In this document: positions 1 through 21,571 of the stretch, in pieces
Layout: each line of letters starts with the position of its first letter
Position numbering within the stretch: the stretch's first letter is position 1
Made by a program: the position numbers and the translations under genes
The notes under the pieces: model-generated
Database searches by the model: none
Told to the model about the DNA's origin: nothing
Seen by the model: the letters and a program-made list of their open reading frames with translations, nothing else
Assembly: GCA_037447605.1 (NCBI GenBank)
Contig: CM074809.1
Span: forward strand, 293,628 to 357,627
Length of the DNA: 64,000 nt
Reading direction: 5' to 3'
Source: Zygnema circumcarinatum SAG 698-1b
Taxonomy: Eukaryota; Plantae; Zygnematophyceae

Positions 1-1422
1 GTGAGGAAGAAGGATGTTCCTAATGAAGAGAAGAGAAGAGGAAAAGGAGGGAAGAGAAGAGAAAATGAGAAGAGATTGTTTGTGGAATAAGTGGAGCGAA
101 CGGCTGCACAGTTGCCAAATCGACAACTAAGATTTTTTTTTTTTTTTTTTCCCCTTTTTTATTTTTTGGTCGTCTACCCTCTCCCACCCTCCTCTTTTAC
201 CACCCCTCCCCCTCCCCTCTCCCCCGGACCAATGGCGGCACGAGTTTACATGTAGCGGATTTCAGTGAAACTGTCTTAGTTCAACTAGATCGCTGATGTC
301 TCGCATCATGGAACGAGGCGGTTGTGGCAAACAGAACTGGAATCATGTAGCTGGCCCCATAAGTAGAGCTCATCTTTCCCCTTTTTTTTTTTTTTTTTGG
401 CAGAGTATGAGATGTGCAGTTGACACTGCAATTAGGGCTAAGAGAGGGTGCTTGACTTAGAACGTTTCCATGTGGCTTCCCCGCAACCAGACTGATCACG
501 GAACTGTAACTGCTCAAACCCATGTATACCGTTGCTCTGTTTTCAAACAGTTAGCAGTGCTCGAGTTTGTGCCATTTCAGCTTCTGTGCCCATTTCCATT
601 CTAAATTCAGTTTCAGTTTCAGTTCCGTCTGCGTAGACGTAGAATTCACCAAATGAGTCTCTGCCATGAGTGTCTCTCCCTCCCTCTCCCCCCCGCCCTC
701 CCTCTCCCACTCCCTCTCCCCCTCGCCCTCCCTCTCCCCCTCCCTCTCCCCCCCGCCCTCCCTCTCCCCATCGCCCTCCCTCTCCCCCTCCCTCTCCCTC
801 CGGCCCTCCTCCCCCTCCCTCTCCCCCTCCCTCTCCCCCTCGCCCTCCCTCTCCCCTTCCCCCGCCCTCTCCCCCTCCCTCTTCCCCTCCCCCAAAAAGC
901 TTGTTAGAAGTGACATGATGTTGTTTGGGTTTCAATCCACCACTAATCAGTCTAGAAGTGGAAAGTTTGTTGAACAACAACTTGCTTTCAATACATTACA
1001 TTACATTTTTTTATTTTTTAAGAAATTAATCGCACTGGCCTAGCCATCACCACACTCCCATCTTCGAATAGTGACTCGCCACGTGTACATGCATACACGT
1101 GGCGAACCGCCATTGGAGAAGTTTGACGAAAGGAGAGGGACGACGCGAGGGAGAAGGCTCGAGTTAGGGTTCAGAAGCGGCCACCGACGCGCACATGTAC
1201 GGAAATTCCGGTGAGGAGCGCCTGGCGTGATTTGTGGGAGCGTCCTCCCAATGGTAATGCGACACGTGGATAGCCTTCCAGTAAAGAGGGAGAGCGAAAG
1301 AGCGGGAGAGCGGGAGTGTGGGAGAGGGAGAGTGGGAGAGAAAGTGGAAGAGAGAGTGAGGGGAAGAGAGAGAGAGGGGGAGAGAATGTGAGAGAGAGCG
1401 GGAGGAGAGAAACAAGACAGCC

Positions 1423-2188
1423 ATGAACGCCTCTCGAGCGAGCAAGCTGTGCTCGAGATGGCTCCTCTCCGACTCGCGGAGAATGTGCGCAGGCGCTTCC
1501 ATGAAGCCAGTTCCGTCGGCTTTGACGGCGCGCCAACTGCCGTTCCATGTCGGAAATGCGAATGCGAATGCGAACGCGCGGCGGCACGTGTCGTCCTTTG
1601 AAGGGCCCTCGCACCGCGCGCTGCTCGTGGACGCGGCGGGGACCCTGCTCGAGCCCGCACAGCCGGTCACGCAGGTGGGGGAGGGAGGCAGAGAGGGGGG
1701 GAAGAGGGAGAGAGGGGGAAAAGGGGAGAGGGGAGGNNNNNNNNNNGAGGGGGGAGGGGGAGAGGGGGGAGGGAGTGAGGGAGGAGGGGATGAAGGGCGA
1801 GGAGGGGAGGGGGGAAGGGGAAGGCGGGAGGGGGAAATATACCGCTTAAGACTTTTTTGGCATTTTAAATGAGCGAATTAGTTTCCTAGCAAAGTCCTGC
1901 TTAGTTGAAAGGTTTTTTTTTTTATCAAGTGTTTTCTGTGAACAGGTTTATCTCGAGATTGGGCGAAAATATGGAGTTTCGTATTCAGAGAAGGAAATTC
2001 TTGAGCGGTATCGAGATGCATATGCGAGGCCGTGGTGTCATTCGATATTGAGGTGCAAACAGCTAATGTGTACCATAAAATGTTTTAAAAAGCCCAGATA
2101 AAAATATACTTCAAACATTTACTGTATGCGACCTTGAAATATGTAACGCATTCAAAGGTTGTCAAGGTTTTGATGGATGAATGAGAGA

Positions 2189-2258
<70 letters not shown>

Positions 2259-3845
2259 GAGAGATAGGGGGAAGATTATGGATGACTGATCCTTCCGGTT
2301 CCTTACCTCCTATCGGCACTCTCTTCTAGAGAGCGAGAGAGAGAGAGAGGGAGAGAGGGAGAGAGGGAGAGGGAGAGGGAGAGAGAGACTCCCTGTCCCA
2401 TTCTCAGCTGTCTCTCTCACTTTGCTCTGATTCAACCAATCATTCCCACCGATTATCGAAAAAGCACGTTTGTTTCATAAATTTCAATGGTTTCATTTCT
2501 TTTCTTTATCTGTAGATATGTCGATGATGCGCGGCCTTTTTGGCAGTACATAGTATCGGAGGCTACAGGATGTTCCGACCCGCTGTACTGGGAAGAAGTC
2601 TATACATATTACACAACTGCAGAGGTGTCCTTTCTTTTCTGCCCCTTTTTCTTTCTTGATCAAAAATCTAAAGAAGAATCTAAATCTACAGCTCAAACTA
2701 CAGAGGTTCCTCGAACCCTCTGAAAACCGATATTATTATCTTTCTTTCTATCTTTATTTTTCTTTAATTTTAAGCCCTACCCTTTTTATATTTTTACCCT
2801 AATCCTCTACGCTAACCTGCTCCATGCAGGCATGGCGCGTAGTTGACCCGCAAGCAGGAGAGGCCTTCGCAGCTTTAAGAAAGGCAGGAGTGAAAATCGC
2901 GGTTGTGTCAAACTTCGACACTCGCCTCCGCCCTCTCCTCCGTGCGCTGCGCTGCGACCATTGGTTCGATGCGCTCTCCATCTCCGCGGAGGTAAGGGTT
3001 TAGGGTTTAGGGTTTAGGGTTCACAATTCTAATGTGCATAGGCATAATTTTACAGTAAATCTATAAAAAAGACACTGCAAAAGCGCTTGTGTTCACTTTT
3101 TTCTGCAGTTCAAAGCGGTCTTGAACTTAAAATGTAAGAGCACCACTTCGCCGCTTCTTTGTAGAATGCTGAAGCGTACCGGATTGCACCATAAGAGTCG
3201 ACACATAGCCCTCGCCCTGATCTAAAGAAGCTTCTACTACTGTTCCTCTTGCTTTTTTGTTGGGATTGGCTCGTAGCTCTACCAACTCAGCCTCGAAGAG
3301 TCCTTTTCTCTAGAAGTTCCTTAACACCTTGACCGGTCTTGGCAGAAATAGCTTGGCTTTGATACTTGCCTCCCCATTCTTCTACCAAGATATTAATACC
3401 AGAGAGTTCTTCTTTAATTTTATCTGTTTAGGGTTTAGGGTTTCGGGTTTAGGGTTCAGGGTTCAGGGTTCAGGGTTTAGGGTTCAGGATTTAGGTTTCA
3501 GGGTTTAGGGTTTCGGGTTTAGGGTTCAGGGTTCAGGGTTCAGGGTTCAGGGTTTAGGGTTTAGGGTTTAGGGTTTAGGGTTTCGGGTTCAGGGTTCAGG
3601 GTTCAGGGTTCAGGGTTCAGGGTTCAGGTTTTAGGGTTTAGGTTTTAGGGTTTAGGGTTTAGGGTTTAGGGTTTAGGGTTCAGGGTTCAGGTTTTAGGGT
3701 TCAGGGTTTAGGTTTAGGGTTCAGGGTTTCTTTTCGGATCTCTCAACTCCTTGCGGTTTTTGAGATTTCCTTGGTTTTGTTTTTCCTTTTTCCTGCCTTA
3801 ACTTATCAGAGATCCCATCATTAGTAGTAGATCTTCTCTTACTGT

Positions 3846-3896
<51 letters not shown>

Positions 3897-5004
3897 GCTC
3901 CCTCTCTCTCTCTCTCCCTTACGACCACCCAATTCTTCTTCATCCATCATCCTTCATTCTTCATCCTTCTTCACTCTCAATTCCCTTCTTTCCATTTCCT
4001 GCAGGTTCAGGCCGAAAAGCCGAACCCCGCCATCTTCCTCCGCGCGTGCGAGCTGTTGGACGTGGACCCGCGCGAGGCTGTCCACGTCGGCGACGACCGC
4101 CGGAACGATATTTGGGGCGCGCGCGCAGCCGGCTGCGACGCGTGGCTGTGGGGCCGAGGGGATGAGGACGTGCACTCCTTCCGGGAGGTACGGGGTTCAA
4201 ACCTCGCCCTCGGCAAGGTTTTAGACTTTTTGAGTAGAGCCTGAACCAAGGAATGAATGAATGAGACGGTGTGGGAGGCAGGGGGGGAAGGGTGGTTGTT
4301 GTTGTCGCCCTTGGTTGTTGATTCTCTCCCTCTCTCTCTAATTGTCTCCGTTTCCCGCCTTCTTGTCGCCCTGTCTCCCTCTCCTCCCCCTTCCCCTCCC
4401 TCTCCCCTCTCCCTCCTGCCTCTACTCTCCCTCCCTCTCCCTCTCCCCTCTCCCTCTCCCCTCTCCCTCTCCCCTCCCTCTCCCTCTCCCTCTCCCCTCT
4501 CCCTCTCCCTCTCCCTCTCCCCTCTCCCTCTCCCTCTCCCCCTCTCCTCTCCCTCTCCCTCTCCCTCTCCCCTCTCCCTCTCCCCTCTCCCCTCTCCCTC
4601 TCCCCTCTCCCTCTCCCCTCTCCCTCTCCCTCTCCCCTCTCCCTCTCCCTCTCCCTCTCCCCTCTCCCTCTCCCCCTCTCCCTCTCCCTCTCCCCTCTCC
4701 CCTCTCCCTCCTCCTCCCCCTCTCCCTCCTCCTCTTCCTCTCCATCTCCCTCCCCCTCCTCTTACCCCTCTCCCTCTCCCCTCCCCTCTCCTCTCCTCTC
4801 CCCTCTCCCTCTCCCTCTCCCCCTCTCACCCTCTCCTCCTCCTCCTCTCCCTCTCCCCTCTCCCTCTCCCTCTCCCTCTCCCCTCTCCCCTCTCCCTCTT
4901 CGAAATGGGTGCTTATGTTGTATGTTTGTTGGGTGTGAGTACAGGTGGCGGAAAGGATGGGGGTAGTAGTGCCGGAAAGTTTACAACGAGGGCTCAATGC
5001 CTAG
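1423..5004 (+). CDS. HAD-superfamily hydrolase (HDHD3-like), probably organelle-targeted; 6 exons, about 290 aa
   Basis: Exons 1423-1674, 1946-2052, 2516-2624, 2830-2991, 4005-4187, 4945-5004 are all GT-AG and in phase (873 nt). HAD motifs: LLVDAAGTL (I), VVSNFD (II), EKPNPAIF (III), HVGDDRRND (IV). Ends [19 protein letters not shown]. Confidence 0.9.
2995..3021 (+). repeat. Short (TTTAGGG)n tract just after a splice donor
   Basis: AGGGTTTAGGGTTTAGGGTTTAGGGTT begins 3 nt into HAD intron 4. Confidence 0.85.
3427..3728 (+). repeat. Degenerate intronic telomere-like array (TTTAGGG/TTCAGGG/TTTCGGG)
   Basis: About 300 bp of 7-mer variants in HAD intron 4. Confidence 0.9.
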
Positions 5005-5722
5005 AGAGAGAAAGAGAGAGAGATGGATAGAAAGTGCCATGTCAATAGCCGCTACAGTGCATTGTACAGTAACCAGATCCGTAGAACAAGCCTCTGGTGA
5101 GGTTCTCGTGTAGAGAATAGGCCCTTCTTGACTTCCCTTGAATGCTTTTGAAGTTTTCCAGGGCTAATGGTCTTGGCTTTAGACTTCAGATTTTAGAGTT
5201 CTTAAGGTGTTCACCGTTTTCAGTTTTTAGAGTTTTAGACCCTTAGGATTGTTGAGGTCGTCTTTAAAGTCTGCATGAAGTAGAGGGCTAAGCACTGTTT
5301 CATGTGTATCTGACGATTAAAAAAAAAAAATTACATCGACAAAATCAGCACATATAATTTCGAATGAAGGTATATCTGTGGAAATTGTAGAGACAAAATG
5401 ATGAAATGTATAGTCCACTAGTGTGCCACAAAACCTTCCAGACCTAACTCTAGATACGCATTCAAAATGCTCATTGTATAATTCATGCTCACCATGCGGC
5501 ATGCTCTATGCACATGGTTTTGCGGTACGCCAAGGTTTCACGTTTCCTCCAAAGATATATGTTATACATATGCAACACTCCAAATGCCTTTGCGGATACT
5601 TATGGAACCACTGATAATTTTTTTCCAGTTTTAGGGTTCATGCTTTTTAGGGTCTTCAGGGTTTCCGGGTACTGAAAGTTTGGGGATTTTAGGGTTTTTA
5701 GGGTTCGCACAACGGGTCTAGT

Positions 5723-15697
<9,975 letters not shown>

Positions 15698-16645
15698 GAG
15701 GAGCTGCTGCCACGTGGCGCCAGGAAAGCATGGCATGACATATGGATGGTATGACATGGCATGGCATGGAATAGCATACCATGGCATGGTTGGCATACCA
15801 TGGCATGGTAAGGATGGAACTGCATGGGAGGCATGACATGCAACAGCACGTCGAGCGGGGAGAAAGCAGCCTAAAACTCTAACAAGTTCGAGTCCAGACG
15901 AGGGAGGAGGAGGGAGGGAGGGAGGGCCAGCGAGGCCTACCACTTGTATCCAACGCTCACGGTATTAAAAACACCAAAAAAAAAGAATTGGAAAGGAAGC
16001 ACGGCCAGAGACAAGCGGCCCCACGCGCGAGAGAGAGAGAGCGAGAGAGAGAGAGGAAGGGAGAGTGAGACAGAGAGGGAGAAAGAGAGAGAGAGAGAGA
16101 GACAGAGGAAGAGAGAGCGAGAGAAACGAGAGAGAGAAAGAGAGAGAAACGAGAGAGAGGGATGGAGACAGGGGGAGGGGGAGGGAGAGAGAATGGCAGT
16201 CATGTCCAGATGATGGCGTGGACCTGAAGCAAGCACGTTGGTGGATCAACAAAGTTCCACAGATCAACGACGCTACGTCCTATCTTAGGTGTTGGACTTC
16301 AGGCAAACTTTGGTTGATCTGGGTCATTTCGGAAGAATTCACCATTGATTTGGAGTGGACTCAGGTCCACGTCAGCTGTACGGTTTGCTCTGTGCGGCAC
16401 GCAACCAAAGATTCCGCTCGTTGACCGTTTCCCGCCTCCGGCGGATATCCCGATACGATATAGTATGTGTCACATCGTCACCGTAATCGATACCGAACGG
16501 TATTAGATGCGATATTATAAAATAAAAAATGTACTTTCCGATACGATACAACACAATGATATTCGATACGATACGAAGCGCTACGGTGCGATACTATACG
16601 AGACTGAAATTTAATGACATGGAAAATACAGTTACGATTCTTTTT

Positions 16646-17588
16646 GGGTAGTGATATTTCCACCCCTTTTTTGGATCCAAACACCCCTTCCCGGCCGGGC
16701 AGATTTCAAAAGGGATTAAAAACGGAAAATACTTTTTTCACACCTTTTTGGAATCGATACCCACCTTCTTCCGTTGGCTGATTCTTTTTTTGCTAAACAA
16801 GGAAAATGATACCCCGTCACCGCATTTTGAATACTGTATCCCGCCTCCCTGAATTTTTTTTTTGAGGGAAAAAAATATCTGCCTGCCCGAATCCGCTCGG
16901 AGCGGAAGATCCGTCCGCCACGAGATCGTTCGCGGGTGTCCGTCCTTCACACTTGCCTGTCAATCGCATCTGTCGATTTCCCTCGCAGATCGCACCACTG
17001 CAGATCACCGTTCGATCTGCAGCCGGGCTCGATCTTAGCGAATGGAAAGCGCCCACGAGTGACGAGTGACAAGCGCACGTGCGAGTGCGCGCATCCCTCG
17101 GCCCGAGATCTCGTGCATTGTCAGCTCTCAGCCAATCAACATCTTCCACGTGTTAAATTTTTGACGTGGAAACCTTTGATTGGTCCAAGCTCTCAATGTA
17201 CGAAATATTGGGTTCCTCAAAGTTTTGACCGTACGACATATGTACGGACAAACTTTTGAGACGAGTTTGGCGGGATACGTGGGCCCGTGCCATTCGCTGT
17301 GACCGAGCCCGGCTGCAGAGCAAATAGTGATCTGCCGTGTTGCGATCTGCCAGGGAATCGACGGCTGCGATTGACCGCACGCGTGAAAAAAATTCAGGTA
17401 GGCGGGATATTCAAAATGGGGGTGACAGGTTACTTCCTTGTTTCGCAAAAATAAAATCTCCGATGGAGGGTGGGTATCGATTCCAAAAAGGTGTGAAAAA
17501 AGCATTTTCCGTTTTTAATCCTTTTTGAAATCTGCCCGGCCGGGAAGGGGTGTTTGGATCCAAGAAAGGGGTGGAAATATCACTACCC
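16646..17588. mobile_element. Non-autonomous long-TIR (MULE/foldback-like) DNA element, 943 bp
   Basis: TIRs begin GGGTAGTGATATTTCCACCCC; about 120 bp are near-identical and the match extends, degenerately, to about 210 bp. 8-bp TSD TTCTTTTT at 16638-16645 and 17589-17596. No transposase recognisable. Confidence 0.85.
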
Positions 17589-17903
17589 TTCTTTTTTCTT
17601 TTGGGTTTTTTAGGGTTTCTAAATATAGCTTAGAGAAAAACTCAGTTTGTGATGGTCAAGTTTGCAAAATTTCTGACGTCCTATAAGATTGGATGTCGTC
17701 ATCCAAGTCAATTTCTTGCCACGTGGGGATCTGTGATTGGTGTAATTTACCTTCATTTTGATTTTCACTTTCACTCAGTTTTTTGATGACGTCAGTGAAA
17801 ATCTGTCTGCAGTTTGCCGGTTTTTGCGACTCACAAATCAAATTTCAAGTTTGTTTTTAAAAGTTGAAAAGTTCAAAAGTTTGCCTTCTCCGCGTTTCAA
17901 GAA

Positions 17904-20072
17904 ATGGGCTTTTTGAAAACTTTAGGATTTCTTACGGAAAAGTTTTCTGCAAAAAAAAATTGCATGACTTTCCATCCCTTGAAAATTTCCAAATTTTTTA
18001 AAAAGCATAATTTCTACAATCCGTTTCCCCTTGAAGCTTTTGAATACTCCTCAAACTGCAAAATATTTCATTTTGGGTCCCCCTTTTGCTTTCCTAGACG
18101 GACCTTCCATTTGCAGGGTTTTCCCGAACAATTTTTTTGCGGAAATAATTGGACGAATAATGAACAGTTTGGAGATAGAATTTACAAAAAAAAATGTGAA
18201 TACGATTCCTATAAAAAAAGGGATTTTTCCTGGGTCAGCAATGATGGTTTGCGCGAGCCATGGCCGGTGAAAGTGAAGCTTTTGAAGGAGAAGAAGGTGG
18301 GTGAAGCAGCAGCTCTCCATCATGGACCGATTATGGAATGAAAATAGAATGAAATGGATTAAAAAAAAAAAAAAATAGAACTACAACACTGGCTGGCCCC
18401 ACGTTGGCTTGCCCTCGCTCTGTCATTGCATTGCTTTCATTTTCAAATTGATGAGATCTGCAGTCCTTCAAACTTATACCGAAGTGTGTACATGATGGGA
18501 GAGGGAGGGAGGAGGGGGGGCGGGGGGGGGGCGAGGGAGCGGGATGGGGGGAGGGGGGAAGGGGAGTGAGAGGGGGAGGGGGAGGAGGGGGGGAAGGGGA
18601 GGGGGAGGGAAGTGGGAGCGGGAGTGGGAGCGGGAGTGGGAGGAGCAAGGGGAGGGAGGTTGAGAGATTTATTGAGTGGGATTGGGAGGGGGAGGGGCTG
18701 TGAGAGTGGGAGTGGGAATGATCGGGAGGATTGGGAGTGGGAAGGTGCGGGAGGGGGGTTGAGAGGGGGAGTGAGAGTGTGGAGGGGGAGGGGGAGGGGG
18801 AAGTGAGTGGGGGAGTGAGAGTGAGAAGGAGAGTGAGTGGGAGGGGAGTTGTGAGGGGGAGGGAAGGTGAGTGGGAGGAGAGTGAGAGTGAGAGGGGCAG
18901 GGGAAGTGGGAGCGGGAGTGGGAGGGGAGTTAGAGAGGTGGGGGGCCGTGAGAGGAGTGAGAGTAAGAAGGGTAGTGAGAGGGGAAGGGGGAGTGAGAGT
19001 GGGAATGATAGAGCCAGTGAAAGTGTGAGAGGGATTGAGGGGAGGAGTGAGAGTGGGAGCGGGAGAGAGGGGGTGTGAGAGTGGGACTGGGAGAGAGGGG
19101 AATTGGGAGTGGGAAGGGGAAGGTGAGTGAGTGGGGCAGTGAGAGTGGGAGGGAGAGTGGGATGATTTAAGTGTTTACAGTGGCATGACATCAATGCAGG
19201 TCTTGGAAATTGAGTTTAGTGACGGCAGCTATTTCCGATATCCTGCGGAGTTTCTCCGAGTGAAGAGTCCGGCACCGACCTCCGGCCGCGGGCTGTTCGA
19301 TAATAGGGTTAAGGTGCGTCCAATCTTCAGTTTAGAGGTGATGTTTTATTCAAACAACTGCTCGGTTTTAACAGTAAGCCACTTCGTTAGTTAGTGGACG
19401 TTTTGTTACTTTGTTTGTTTAGTTTGTTTGTTTTTGGTTTTCAATTGCAGTTTAAAGTAAATCTAACTTATCGGTGTATTTGCAGGTCGTTTCTGGACGA
19501 AGCCATGTCGGAATCTTAAGCATGGAGGCAGTCGGGAATTATGGAATACGGTGAGATGGAATACTGCTTTTGGCAGAGTAACCCATCTGGAAACAGAGAA
19601 GCTATAAGGTCTAACCTTAGGCTCCCTTCCTGGAAACACGAATTTTAAGATCTATCGATTAAAATTTGAGATTTGAAGTTTTAAAATTTCAAGTCTGCTT
19701 TCCTTTGCTGAGTGCTTCCTTCTTCACAGCTTTTGTGCTTTACCGCATTCAAATACGGAAATTTGGGTCCTTGTCGACTCTATTCTCTAAAGAGAGAGAG
19801 GGAGGGAGGGGAGGGGAGAGGGAGAGTGACAGAGGAAGAGAGAGAGAAAAAAAACGGAAGGGGTAGTTGGGTCTCCCTGTTCTGACTTCAGCGTTGTTCT
19901 AATTTTCCATGCCGTCAGGATGCAGTTCGACGACCTTCATTCTGCCGGAATCTACACATGGAACTACTTATACAGTTTGGGAAAGGACAAATTTAAGCAC
20001 ATGAAAAGTTACCTGAAAGAGCTCCGATCACAAGGCTTAAGTCGGCACCCTTCTCGCCTCTCTTCAAAGTGA
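17904..20072 (+). CDS. DUF971 / gamma-butyrobetaine hydroxylase-like N-terminal domain protein; 4 exons
   Basis: Exons 17904-18296, 19200-19313, 19486-19550, 19919-20072 are in phase. Sequence LEIEFSDG...PAEFLRVKSPA...VGNYGIRMQFDDLHSAGIYTWNYLYSLG is typical of DUF971. The AT-rich, Lys/Phe-rich N-terminus resembles a targeting peptide. Confidence 0.85.
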
Positions 20073-21571
20073 TCTTATGACATCACCCCAAAGGAGGAGA
20101 AGCGTGCTTCTATAGATTTTTCTTGGTTGTTTATTCATTTCTTGTTTCAGGAGACGTAATGTATGTGCCGCAGTATGTTGACAATGTTAAGCCATAGAAA
20201 GGCGAAGGCTTAGCCGAGTCAAACCCCCCGAGTGAGAATTCTACATGCAGGCGCGCTCGCACGTTAGTTGTTTCAACTGCCGGAATTCCCCAAAGTTCTC
20301 GAAGTTCCGTAAGGGGATGGTGAGGGGCGATGGATTGGAGGGGCCTGAGGGAGGGAGGGAGGGAGGGAGAGGGAGAGAGAGCGACCAACGGATGGAGGGA
20401 GGACAAAACGCTTGGAGGAGGGAGAGGGAGAGGGAGGGGGAGTACGAAATATAGCATGGGCTGAGATGTAAACAGACGAAAATACCGTAGTCTTACGTTA
20501 AGCAAAATTGGGGTGTTCCAACTTGCAGAAATTTGGTCGAATCTTTTTTAAGGAAGCATTTTTCTTTCCGCTGTTACTAATAGGGCGGGGAAGCGTGCGT
20601 TTTCAAATTCCAAAAAAGTGTGATGCATTGTCTTCTCCCTCTTCCCTCTATCCCTCTCTCCCTCAATTTCCTACATCTCCTCGCGCCTTCTTTTCCATCT
20701 CCCCCCCCCCCCCCCCTCTCGCCTTCCGTCCTCCGCTCTTCACCTCTCCATTTCTCCCTTCCGAAAAGGCTGGAATCGTGCGCATGGGACAGCCCAAGAA
20801 CACTCAGAAACAATAGAAATCGCTCAGCTCAGAGTAGTAGAGCACACTCTTTCTCTGCCTCTCAATCTCACACTCCCTCTCGACAAGGGCACGGTAAGAG
20901 CCAACACTCAAATGTACATTACAGAGGGGCAGTCTCTGGCCTCATACAAAGTTGCGATGCGGACAGTGCGCATCTAAACCCACTCCTACAGACGGCTTCA
21001 AACTTTACCACAAACCAAAACGACGGGACGAGTGGGAGAGAGAGGAAAAAATATACCTATTCTACGATCCTCGCCTTTCTGCAGTATAAGCCCAACCTAG
21101 GCATATACGGATCGATCCCCCCCTCTCTCATCACGCTGCTCTCAGAGTCTGAGAGGGAAGAGAGAAAGAGAGAGTGAAAGCGACTGAGAGAGAGAGAGAG
21201 GGGGGGGGGGGAATGTCCCTTGTTCTAATAATGATAAGAATCAGCACCCACGAATCACACATCTACGAAACAAGAATAGCGCCACACCCCTTAAATCCGA
21301 CCGCCTTTCCGTTGCTTGTTGAAGGCACAACACTCACGGCTCTGCCAGGCATTCATCGGTTCCTCCACCGTTTCCTCCAAGGAAAAAAAAAAGAAACAAA
21401 TATAGTACGGACAGTGCATAGGAGTCGATCGGTCTTCAGGCGCTCCCATTCACCCTCTCAATCACTCCCCTCCTTCCGAGCTCTGCCCATATGATATAGA
21501 GCTGACGAAGAATCCCACTAGTCTCCTTCAAGCAGGCCTTCAACCAGCTTTAAGCAGCCCCTAAGCAGCCT

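Noticed and set aside
543-1043. Overlapping ORFs of 80-145 aa at the window start (also 281-523)
   Set aside because: These are translations of a CT/GA tract and flanks, with no recognisable domain or consistent splice model.
4192-4215. B-box-like GGTTCAAACC at the start of HAD intron 5
   Set aside because: There is no A box or 5' tRNA half; the upstream sequence is coding exon.
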